A stretch of 64,000 nucleotides of DNA from assembly GCF_009914755.1 (NCBI RefSeq), contig NC_060936.1. One strand, 5' to 3'. Shown piece by piece: positions 25,601 through 38,126 of the stretch. The position numbers were made by a program, and so were the translations under genes. Origin of the DNA: the human T2T-CHM13v2.0 reference genome, Homo sapiens. The notes beneath the pieces are model-generated. The model searched no databases, had not been told where the DNA came from, and saw only the letters and a list, made by a program, of their open reading frames with translations. The stretch's first letter is position 1. Each line of letters starts with the position of its first letter.

Positions 25601-28600
25601 TGCTTGCAGACTTTACAGACAGAGTGTTTCCAAACTACTCTATGAAAAGAAAGCTTAAACTCCTTGAGTTGAACGCACACATCACAAAGTAGTTTCTGAG
25701 AATGATTCTGTCTAGTTTTTATACGAAGATGTTTCCTTTTCTACATTTGGTCTCAAAGCGATTGAAATCTCCAACTGGAAACTGCACAAATAGGCTGTTT
25801 CAAATCTGCTCTGTCTAAAGGAAGGTTCAACTCTGTGAGTTGAATACACACACCACAAATAAGTTACTGAGAATTCTTCTGTCGAACATTACAGGAAGAA
25901 ATCCCGTTTCCAACGAAGGCCTCAAAGAGGTCCAAATATCCACTTGCAGACATTACAAACAGTGTGTTTCCCACCTGCTCCATCAAAAGAAAGGTTAAAC
26001 TCTGTGAGCTGAACACACACATCAAAAAGAAGTTTCTGTGAATGATTCTGTCTAGATTTTATAAGAAGATGTTTCCTTTTCTACCGTAGGCCTCAAAGCG
26101 CTTGAAATCTCCAGCTGCAAATTCCACAAAAAGGGTGTTTAACATCTGCTCTTCTAAAGGAAAGTTCAACTCTATGAGTTGAATACACACAGCACAAAGA
26201 AGTTACTGAGACTTCTCCTATCAAACATTATATGAAGAAATCCCGTTTCCAACGAAGGCCTCAAAGAGGTCCAAATATCTGCTTGCAGACTTTACAGACA
26301 GAGTGTTTCCAAACTGCTCCATCAAAAGAAAGGTTAAACTCCTTGAGTTGAACACACACATCACAAAGTAGTTTCTGTGAATGATTCTGTCTAGTTTTTA
26401 TACGAAGATGTTTCCTTTTCAACCTTTGGTCTCAAAGCGATTGAAATCTCCACATGGAAACTCCACAAAAAGAGTGTTTCAAATCTGCTCTTTCTGAAGG
26501 AAGGTTCAACTCTGTGAGTTGAATACACACACCACAAATAAGTTACTGAGAATTCTTCTGTGTAACATTATATGAGGAAATCCCGTTTCCAACGAAGGCC
26601 TTAAAGAGGTCCAAATATCCACTTGCAGACTTTACAAAGACAGTGTCTCCAAACTCCTCCATCAAAAGAAAGGTTATACTCTGTGAATTGAACGCACACA
26701 TCACAAAGTAGTTTCTGAGAATGATTCTGTCTAGTTTTTATACGAAGATATTTCCTTTTCTACATTTGGCCTAAAAGCGCTTGAAATCTCCACCTGCAAA
26801 TATCACAAAAAGAGGGTTTCACATCTGCTCTGTCTAAAGGACAGTTCACCTCTGTGAGTTGAATAGAGGCAACACAAAGAACTTACTCAGTATTCTTCTT
26901 TCTAGCATTCTATGAAGAAATCCCGTTTCCAACGAAGGCCCCTAAGAGGTCCAAATATCTGCTTGCAGACTTTACAGACAGAGTTTTTCCAAACTGCTCC
27001 ATCAAAAGAAAGGTTAAACTCCTTGAGTTGAACACACACATCACAAAGTAGTTTCTGTGAATGATTCTGTCTAGTTTTTATAAGAAGATGTTTCCTTTTC
27101 TACCTTTGGTCTCAAAGCGATTGAAATCTCCACATGGAAACTCCTCAAAAAGAGTGTTTCAAATCTGCTCTTTCTGAAGGAAGGTTCAACTCTGTGAGTT
27201 GAATACACACACCACAAATAAGTTACTGAGAATTCTTCTGTGTAACATTATATGAGGAAATCCCGTTTCCAACGAAGGCCTCAAAGAGGTCCAAATATCC
27301 ACTTGCAGACTTTACAAAGACAGTGTCTCCAAACTCCTCCATCAAAAGAAAGGTTATACTCTGTGAATTGAACGCACACATCACAAAGTAGTTTCTGAGA
27401 ATGATTCTGTCTAGTTTTTATACGAAGATATTTCCTTTTCTACATTTGGCCTAAAAGCGCTTGAAATCTCCACCTGCAAATATCACAAAAAGAGGGTTTC
27501 ACATCTGCTCTGTCTAAAGGACAGTTCACCTCTGTGAGTTGAATAGAGGCAACACAAAGAACTTACTCAGTATTCTTCTTTCTAGCGTTCTATGAAGAAA
27601 TCCCGTTTCCAACGAAGGCCTCAAAGAGGTCAAATATCTGCTTGCAGACTTTACAGACAGAGTGTTTCCAAACTACTCTATGAAAAGAAAGCTTAAACTC
27701 CTTGAGTTGAACGCACACATCACAAAGTAGTTTCTGAGAATGATTCTGTCTAGTTTTTATACGAAGATGTTTCCTTTTCTACATTTGGTCTCAAAGCGAT
27801 TGAAATCTCCAACTGGAAACTGCACAAATAGGCTGTTTCAAATCTGCTCTGTCTAAAGGAAGGTTCAGCTCTGTGAGTTGAATACACACACCACAAATAA
27901 GTTACTGAGAATTCTTCTGTCGAACATTACAGGAAGAAATCCCGTTTCCAACGAAGGCCTCAAAGAGGTCCAAATATCCACTTGCAGACATTACAAACAG
28001 TGTGTTTCCCAACTGCTCCATCAAAAGAAAGGTTAAACTCTGTGAGCTGAACACACACATCAAAAAGAAGTTTCTGTGAATGATTCTGTCTAGATTTTAT
28101 AAGAAGATGTTTCCTTTTCTACCGTAGGCCTCAAAGCGCTTGAAATCTCCAGCTGCAAATTCCACAAAAAGGGTGTTTAACATCTGCTCTTCTAAAGGAA
28201 AGTTCAACTCTATGAGTTGAATACACACAGCACAAAGAAGTTACTGAGACTTCTCCTATCAAACATTATATGAAGAAATCCCGTTTCCAACGAAGGCCTC
28301 AAAGAGGTCCAAATATCTGCTTGCAGACTTTACAGACAGAGTGTTTCCAAACTGCTCCATCAAAAGAAAGGTTAAACTCCTTGAGTTGAACACACACATC
28401 ACAAAGTAGTTTCTGTGAATGATTCTGTCTAGTTTTTATACGAAGATGTTTCCTTTTCTACCTTTGGTCTCAAAGCGATTGAAATCTCCACATGGAAACT
28501 CCACAAAAAGAGTGTTTCAAATCTGCTCTTTCTGAAGGAAGGTTCAACTCTGTGAGTTGAATACACACACCACAAATAAGTTACTGAGAATTCTTCTGTG

Positions 28601-31600
28601 TAACATTATATGAGGAAATCCCGTTTCCAACGAAGGCCTCAAAGAGGTCCAAATATCCACTTGCAGACTTTACAAAGACAGTGTCTCCAAACTCCTCCAT
28701 CAAAAGAAAGGTTATACTCTGTGAATTGAACGCACACATCACAAAGTAGTTTCTGAGAATGATTCTGTCTAGTTTTTATACGAAGATATTTCCTTTTCTA
28801 CATTTGGCCTAAAAGCGCTTGAAATCTCCACCTGCAAATATCACAAAAAGAGGGTTTCACATCTGCTCTGTCTAAAGGACAGTTCACCTCTGTGAGTTGA
28901 ATAGAGGCAACACAAAGAACTTACTCAGTATTCTTCTTTCTAGCGTTCTATGAAGAAATCCCGTTTCCAACGAAGGCCTCAAAGAGGTCAAATATCTGCT
29001 TGCAGACTTTACAGACAGAGTGTTTCCAAACTACTCTATGAAAAGAAAGCTTAAACTCCTTGAGTTGAACGCACACATCACAAAGTAGTTTCTGAGAATG
29101 ATTGTGTCTAGTTTTTATACGAAGATGTTTCCTTTTCTACATTTGGTCTCAAAGCGATTGAAATCTCCAACTGGAAACTGCACAAATAGGGTGTTTCAAA
29201 TCTGCTCTGCCTAAAGGAAGGTTCAACTCTGTGAGTTGAATACACACACCACAAATAAGTTACTGAGAATTCTTCTGTCGAACATTACTTGAAGAAATCC
29301 CGTTTCCAACGAAGGCCTCAAAGAGGTCCAAATATCCACTTGCAGACATTACAAACAGAGTGTTTCCAAACTGCTCCATCAAAAGAAAGGTTAAACTCTG
29401 TGAGCTGAACACACACATCAAAAAGAAGTTTCTGTGAATGATTCTGTCTAGATTTTATAAGAAGATGTTTCCTTTTCTACCGTAGGCCTCAAAGCGCTTG
29501 AAATCTCCAGCTGCAAATTCCACAAAAAGGGTGTTTAACATCTGCTCTTCTAAAGGAAAGTTCAACTCTATGAGTTGAATACACACAGCACAAAGAAGTT
29601 ACTGAGACTTCTCCTATCAAACATTATATGAAGAAATCCCGTTTCCAACGAAGGCCTCAAAGAGGTCCAAATATCTGCTTGCAGACTTTACAGACAGAGT
29701 GTTTCCAAACTGCTCCATCAAAAGAAAGGTTAAACTCCTTGAGTTGAACACACACATCACAAAGTAGTTTCTGTGAATGATTCTGTCTAGTTTTTATACG
29801 AAGATGTTTCCTTTTCTACCTTTGGTCTCAAAGCGATTGAAATCTCCACATGGAAACTCCACAAAAAGAGTGTTTCAAATCTGCTCTTTCTGAAGGAAGG
29901 TTCAACTCTGTGAGTTGAATACACACACCACAAATAAGTTACTGAGAATTCTTCTGTGTAACATTATATGAGGAAATCCCGTTTCCAACGAAGGCCTCAA
30001 AGAGGTCCAAATATCCACTTGCAGACTTTACAAAGACAGTGTCTCCAAACTCCTCCATCAAAAGAAAGGTTATACTCTGTGAATTGAACGCACACATCAC
30101 AAAGTAGTTTCTGAGAATGATTCTGTCTAGTTTTTATACGAAGATATTTCCTTTTCTACATTTGGCCTAAAAGCGCTTGAAATCTCCACCTGCAAATATC
30201 ACAAAAAGAGGGTTTCACATCTGCTCTGTCTAAAGGACAGTTCACCTCTGTGAGTTGAATAGAGGCAACACAAAGAACTTACTCAGTATTCTTCTTTCTA
30301 GCGTTCTATGAAGAAATCCCGTTTCCAACGAAGGCCTCAAAGAGGTCAAATATCTGCTTGCAGACTTTACAGACAGAGTGTTTCCAAACTACTCTATGAA
30401 AAGAAAGCTTAAACTCCTTGAGTTGAACGCACACATCACAAAGTAGTTTCTGAGAATGATTCTGTCTAGTTTTTATACGAAGATGTTTCCTTTTCTACAT
30501 TTGGTCTCAAAGCGATTGAAATCTCCAACTGGAAACTGCACAAATAGGCTGTTTCAAATCTGCTCTGTCTAAAGGAAGGTTCAGCTCTGTGTGTTGAATA
30601 CACACACCACAAATAAGTTACTGAGAATTCTTCTGTCGAACATTACTTGAAGAAATCCCGTTTCCAACGAAGGCCTCAAAGAGGTCCAAATATCCACTTG
30701 CGGACACTACAAACAGTGTGTTTCCCAACTGCTCCATCAAAAGAAAGGTTAAACTCTGTGAGCTGAACACACACATCAAAAAGAAGTTTCTGTGAATGAT
30801 TCTGTCTAGATTTTATAAGAAGATGTTTCCTTTTCTACCGTAGGCCTCAAAGCGCTTGAAATCTCCAGCTGCAAATTCCACAAAAAGGGTGTTTAACATC
30901 TGCTCTTCTAAAGGAAAGTTCAACTCTATGAGTTGAATACACACAGCACAAAGAAGTTACTGAGACTTCTCCTATCAAACATTATATGAAGAAATCCCGT
31001 TTCCAACGAAGGCCTCAAAGAGGTCCAAATGTCTGCTTGCAGACTTTACAGACAGAGTGTTTCCAAACTGCTCCATCAAAAGAAAGGTTAAACTCCTTGA
31101 GTTGAACACACACATCACAAAGTAGTTTCTGTGAATGATTCTGTCTAGTTTTTATACGAAGATGTTTCCTTTTCTACCTTTGGTCTCAAAGCGATTGAAA
31201 TCTCCACATGGAAACTCCACAAAAAGAGTGTTTCAAATCTGCTCTTTCTGAAGGAAGGTTCAACTCTGTGAGTTGAATACACACACCACAAATAAGTTAC
31301 TGAGAATTCTTCTGTGTAACATTATATGAGGAAATCCCGTTTCCAACGAAGGCCTCAAAGAGGTCCAAATATCCACTTGCAGACTTTACAAAGACAGTGT
31401 CTCCAAACTCCTCCATCAAAAGAAAGGTTATACTCTGTGAATTGAACGCACACATCACAAAGTAGTTTCTGAGAATGATTCTGTCTAGTTTTTATACGAA
31501 GATATTTCCTTTTCTACATTTGGCCTAAAAGCGCTTGAAATCTCCACCTGCAAATATCACAAAAAGAGGGTTTCACATCTGCTCTGTCTAAAGGACAGTT

Positions 31601-33979
31601 CACCTCTGTGAGTTGAATAGAGGCAACACAAAGAACTTACTCAGTATTCTTCTTTCTAGCGTTCTATGAAGAAATCCCGTTTCCAACGAAGGCCTCAAAG
31701 AGGTCAAATATCTGCTTGCAGACTTTACAGACAGAGTGTTTCCAAACTACTCTATGAAAAGAAAGCTTAAACTCCTTGAGTTGAACGCACACATCACAAA
31801 GTAGTTTCTGAGAATGATTCTGTCTAGTTTTTATACGAAGATGTTTCCTTTTCTACATTTGGTCTCAAAGCTCTTGAAATCTCCAACTGGAAACTGCACA
31901 AATAGGCTGTTTCAAATCTGCTCTGTCTAAAGGAAGGTTCAACTCTGTGAGTTGAATACACACACCACAAATAAGTTACTGAGAATTCTTCTGTGGAACA
32001 TTACTTGAAGAAATCCCGTTTCCAACGAAGGCCTCAAAGAGGTCCAAATATCCACTTGCAGACGTTACAAACAGAGTGTTTCCAAACTGCTCCATCAAAA
32101 GAAAGGTTAAACTCTGTGAGCTGAACACACACATCAAAAAGAAGTTTCTGTGAATGATTCTGTCTAGATTTTATAAGAAGATGTTTCCTTTTCTACCGTA
32201 GGCCTCAAAGCGCTTGAAATCTCCAGCTGCAAATTCCACAAAAAGGGTGTTTAACATCTGCTCTTCTAAAGGAAAGTTCAACTCTATGAGTTGAATACAC
32301 ACAGCACAAAGAAGTTACTGAGACTTCTCCTATCAAACATTATATGAAGAAATCCCGTTTCCAACGAAGGCCTCAAAGAGGTCCAAATATCTGCTTGCAG
32401 ACTTTACAGACAGAGTGTTTCCAAACTGCTCCATCAAAAGAAAGGTGAAACTCCTTGAGTTGAACACACACATCACAAAGTAGTTTCTGTGAATGATTCT
32501 GTCTAGTTTTTATACGAAGATGTTTCCTTTTCTACCTTTGGTCTCAAAGCGATTGAAATCTCCACATGGAAACTCCACAAAAAGAGTGTTTCAAATCTGC
32601 TCTTTCTGAAGGAAGGTTCAACTCTGTGAGTTGAATACACACACCACAAATAAGTTACTGAGAATTCTTCTGTGTAACATTATATGAGGAAATCCCGTTT
32701 CCAACGAAGGCCTCAAAGAGGTCCAAATATCCACTTGCAGACTTTACAAAGACAGTGTCTCCAAACTCCTCCATCAAAAGAAAGGTTATACTCTGTGAAT
32801 TGAACGCATACATCACAAAGTAGTTTCTGAGAATGATTCTGTCTAGTTTTTATACGAAGATATTTCCTTTTCTACATTTGGCCTAAAAGCGCTTGAAATC
32901 TCCACCTGCAAATATCACAAAAAGAGGGTTTCACATCTGCTCTGTCTAAAGGACAGTTCACCTCTGTGAGTTGAATAGAGGCAACACAAAGAACTTACTC
33001 AGTATTCTTCTTTCTAGCGTTCTATGAAGAAATCCCGTTTCCAACGAAGGCCTCAAAGAGGTCCAAATATCTGCTTGCAGACTTTACAGACAGAGTTTTT
33101 CCAAACTGCTCCATCAAAAGAAAGGTTAAACTCCTTGAGTTGAACACACACATCACAAAGTAGTTTCTGTGAATGATTCTGTCTAGTTTTTATACGAAGA
33201 TGTTTCCTTTTCTACCTTTGGTCTCAAAGCGATTGAAATCTCCACATGGAAACTCCACAAAAAGAGTGTTTCAAATCTGCTCTTTCTGAAGGAAGGTTCA
33301 ACTCTGTGAGTTGAATACACACACCACAAATAAGTTACTGAGAATTCTTCTGTGTAACATTATATGAGGAAATCCCGTTTCCAACGAAGGCCTCAAAGAG
33401 GTCCAAATATCCACTTGCAGACTTTTCAAAGACAGTGTCTCCAAACTCCTCCATCAAAAGAAAGGTTATACTCTGTGAATTGAACGCACACATCACAAAG
33501 TAGTTTCTGAGAATGATTCTGTCTAGTTTTTATACGAAGATATTTCCTTTTCTACATTTGGCCTAAAAGCGCTTGAAATCTCCACCTGCAAATATCACAA
33601 AAAGAGGGTTTCACATCTGCTCTGTCTAAAGGACAGTTCACCTCTGTGAGTTGAATAGAGGCAACACAAAGAACTTACTCAGTATTCTTCTTTCTAGCGT
33701 TCTATGAAGAAATCCCGTTTCCAACGAAGGCCTCAAAGAGGTCAAATATCTGCTTGCAGACTTTACAGACAGAGTGTTTCCAAACTACTCTATGAAAAGA
33801 AAGCTTAAACTCCTTGAGTTGAACGCACACATCACAAAGTAGTTTCTGAGAATGATTCTGTCTAGTTTTTATACGAAGATGTTTCCTTTTCTACATTTGG
33901 TCTCAAAGCGATTGAAATCTCCAACTGGAAACTGCACAAATAGGCTGTTTCAAATCTGCTCTGTCTAAAGGAAGGTTCA
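19700..33979. repeat. Second copy of a near-identical duplication of 1-14280 (offset 19,699 bp)
   Basis: Private variants repeat at +19,699: aaagTgctt 965/20664, gattGtgtc 9405/29104, gcggacaCtac unit 10957/30656, and gtGgaac-ggtGaa-gcaTac-gacttTtc unit 12315/32014. Confidence 0.88.
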
Positions 33980-36900
33980 GCTCTGTGAGTTGAATACACA
34001 CACCACAAATAAGTTACTGAGAATTCTTCTGTCGAACATTACAGGAAGAAATCCCGTTTCCAACGAAGGCCTCAAAGAGGTCCAAATATCCACTTGCAGA
34101 CATTACAAACAGTGTGTTTCCCAACTGCTCCATCAAAAGAAAGGTTAAACTCTGTGAGCTGAACACACACATCAAAAAGAAGTTTCTGTGAATGATTCTG
34201 TCTAGATTTTATAAGAAGATGTTTCCTTTTCTACCGTAGGCCTCAAAGCGCTTGAAATCTCCAGCTGCAAATTCCACAAAAAGGGTGTTTAACATCTGCT
34301 CTTCTAAAGGAAAGTTCAACTCTATGAGTTGAATACACACAGCACAAAGAAGTTACTGAGACTTCTCCTATCAAACATTATATGAAGAAATCCCGTTTCC
34401 AACGAAGGCCTCAAAGAGGTCCAAATATCTGCTTGCAGACTTTACAGACAGAGTGTTTCCAAACTGCTCCATCAAAAGAAAGGTTAAACTCCTTGAGTTG
34501 AACACACACATCACAAAGTAGTTTCTGTGAATGATTCTGTCTAGTTTTTATACGAAGATGTTTCCTTTTCTACCTTTGGTCTCAAAGCGATTGAAATCTC
34601 CACATGGAAACTCCACAAAAAGAGTGTTTCAAATCTGCTCTTTCTGAAGGAAGGTTCAACTCTGTGAGTTGAATACACACACCACAAATAAGTTACTGAG
34701 AATTCTTCTGTGTAACATTATATGAGGAAATCCCGTTTCCAACGAAGGCCTCAAAGAGGTCCAAATATCCACTTGCAGACTTTACAAAGACAGTGTCTCC
34801 AAACTCCTCCATCAAAAGAAAGGTTATACTCTGTGAATTGAACGCACACATCACAAAGTAGTTTCTGAGAATGATTCTGTCTAGTTTTTATACGAAGATA
34901 TTTCCTTTTCTACATTTGGCCTAAAAGCGCTTGAAATCTCCACCTGCAAATATCACAAAAAGAGGGTTTCACATCTGCTCTGTCTAAAGGACAGTTCACC
35001 TCTGTGAGTTGAATAGAGGCAACACAAAGAACTTACTCAGTATTCTTCTTTCTAGCGTTCTATGAAGAAATCCCGTTTCCAACGAAGGCCTCAAAGAGGT
35101 CAAATATCTGCTTGCAGACTTTACAGACAGAGTGTTTCCAAACTACTCCATCAAAAGAAAGGTTAAACTCCTTGAGTTGAACGCACACATCACAAAGTAG
35201 TTTCTGTGAATGATTCTGTCTAGTTTTTATACGAAGATGTTTCCTTTTCTACATTTGGTCTCAAAGCGATTGAAATCTCCAACTGGAAACTGCACAAATA
35301 GGCTGTTTCAAATCTGCTCTGTCTAAAGGAAGGTTCAGCTCTGTGAGTTGAATACACACACCACAAATAAGTTACTGAGAATTCTTCTGTCGAACATTAC
35401 AGGAAGAAATCCCGTTTCCAACGAAGGCCTCAAAGAGCTCCAAATATCCACTTGCAGACATTACAAACAGTGTGTTTCCCAACTGCTCCATCAAAAGAAA
35501 GGTTAAACTCTGTGAGCTGAACACACACATCAAAAAGAAGTTTCTGTGAATGATTCTGTCTAGATTTTATAAGAAGATGTTTCCTTTTCTACCGTAGGCC
35601 TCAAAGCGCTTGAAATCTCCAGCTGCAAATTCCACAAAAAGGGTGTTTAACATCTGCTCTTCTAAAGGAAAGTTCAACTCTATGAGTTGAATACACACAG
35701 CACAAAGAAGTTACTGAGACTTCTCCTATCAAACATTATATGAAGAAATCCCGTTTCCAACGAAGGCCTCAAAGAGGTCCAAATATCTGCTTGCAGACTT
35801 TACAGACAGAGTGTTTCCAAACTGCTCCATCAAAAGAAAGGTTAAACTCCTTGAGTTGAACACACACATCACAAAGTAGTTTCTGTGAATGATTCTGTCT
35901 AGTTTTTATACGAAGATGTTTCCTTTTCTACCTTTGGTCTCAAAGCGATTGAAATCTCCACATGGAAACTCCACAAAAAGAGTGTTTCAAATCTGCTCTT
36001 TCTGAAGGAAGGTTCAACTCTGTGAGTTGAATACACACACCACAAATAAGTTACTGAGAATTCTTCTGTGTAACATTATATGAGGAAATCCCGTTTCCAA
36101 CGAAGGCCTCAAAGAGGTCCAAATATCCACTTGCAGACTTTACAAAGACAGTGTCTCCAAACTCCTCCATCAAAAGAAAGGTTATACTCTGTGAATTGAA
36201 CGCACACATCACAAAGTAGTTTCTGAGAATGATTCTGTCTAGTTTTTATACGAAGATATTTCCTTTTCTACATTTGGCCTAAAAGCGCTTGAAATCTCCA
36301 CCTGCAAATATCACAAAAAGAGGGTTTCACATCTGCTCTGTCTAAAGGACAGTTCACCTCTGTGAGTTGAATAGAGGCAACACAAAGAACTTACCCAGTA
36401 TTCTTCTTTCTAGCGTTCTCTGAAGAAATCCCGTTTCCAACGAAGGCCTCAAAGAGTTCCAAATATCTGCTTGCAGACTTTACAGACAGAGTGTTTCCAA
36501 ACTACTCTATGAAAAGAAAGCTTAAACTCCTTGAGTTGAACGCACACATCACAAAGTAGTTTCTGAGAATGATTCTGTCTAGTTTTTATACGAAGATGTT
36601 TCCTTTTCTACATTTGGTCTCAAAGCGATTGAAATCTCCAACTGGAAACTGCACAAATAGGCTGTTTCAAATCTGCTCTGTCTAAAGGAAGGTTCAACTG
36701 TGTGAGTTGAATACACACACCACAAATAAGTTACTGAGAATTCTTCTGTCGAACATTACAGGAAGAAATCCCGTTTCCAATGAAGGCCTCAAAGAGGTCC
36801 AAATATCCACTTGCGGACATTACAAACAGTGTGTTTCCCAACTGCTCCATCAAAAGAAAGGTTAAACTCTGTGAGCTGAACACACACATCAAAAAGAAGT

Positions 36901-38126
36901 TTCTGTGAATGATTCTGTCTAGATTTTATAAGAAGATGTTTCCTTTTCTACCGTAGGCCTCAAAGCGCTTGAAATCTCCAGCTGCAAATTCCACAAAAAG
37001 GGTGTTTAACATCTGCTCTTCTAAAGGAAAGTTCAACTCTATGAGTTCAATACACACAGCACAAAGAAGTTACTGAGACTTCTCCTATCAAACATTATAT
37101 GAAGAAATCCCGTTTCCAACGAAGGCCTCAAAGAGGTCCAAATATCTGCTTGCAGACTTTACAGACAGAGTGTTTCCAAACTGCTCCATCAAAAGAAAGG
37201 TGAAACTCCTTGAGTTGAACACACACATCACAAAGTAGTTTCTGTGAATGATTCTGTCTAGTTTTTATACGAAGATGTTTCCTTTTCTACCTTTGGTCTC
37301 AAAGCGATTGAAATCTCCACATGGAAACTCCACAAAAAGAGTGTTTCAAATCTGCTCTTTCTGAAGGAAGGTTCAACTCTGTGAGTTGAATACACACACC
37401 ACAAATAAGTTACTGAGAATTCTTCTGTGTAACATTATATGAGGAAATCCCGTTTCCAACGAAGGCCTCAAAGAGGTCCAAATATCCACTTGCAGACTTT
37501 ACAAAGACAGTGTCTCCAAACTCCTCCATCAAAAGAAAGGTTATACTCTGTGAATTGAACGCACACATCACAAAGTAGTTTCTGAGAATGATTCTGTCTA
37601 GTTTTTATACGAAGATATTTCCTTTTCTACATTTGGCCTAAAAGCGCTTGAAATCTCCACCTGCAAATATCACAAAAAGAGGGTTTCACATCTGCTCTGT
37701 CTAAAGGACAGTTCACCTCTGTGAGTTGAATAGAGGCAACACAAAGAACTTACTCAGTATTCTTCTTTCTAGCGTTCTATGAAGAAATCCCGTTTCCAAC
37801 GAAGGCCTCAAAGAGGTCAAATATCTGCTTGCAGACTTTACAGACAGAGTGTTTCCAAACTACTCTATGAAAAGAAAGCTTAAACTCCTTGAGTTGAACG
37901 CACACATCACAAAGTAGTTTCTGAGAATGATTCTGTCTAGTTTTTATACGAAGATGTTTCCTTTTCTACATTTGGTCTCAAAGCGATTGAAATCTCCAAC
38001 TGGAAACTGCACAAATAGGGTGTTTCAAATCTGCTCTGTCTAAAGGAAGGTTCAACTCTGTGAGTTGAATACACACACCACAAATAAGTTACTGAGAATT
38101 CTTCTGTCGAACATTACTTGAAGAAA

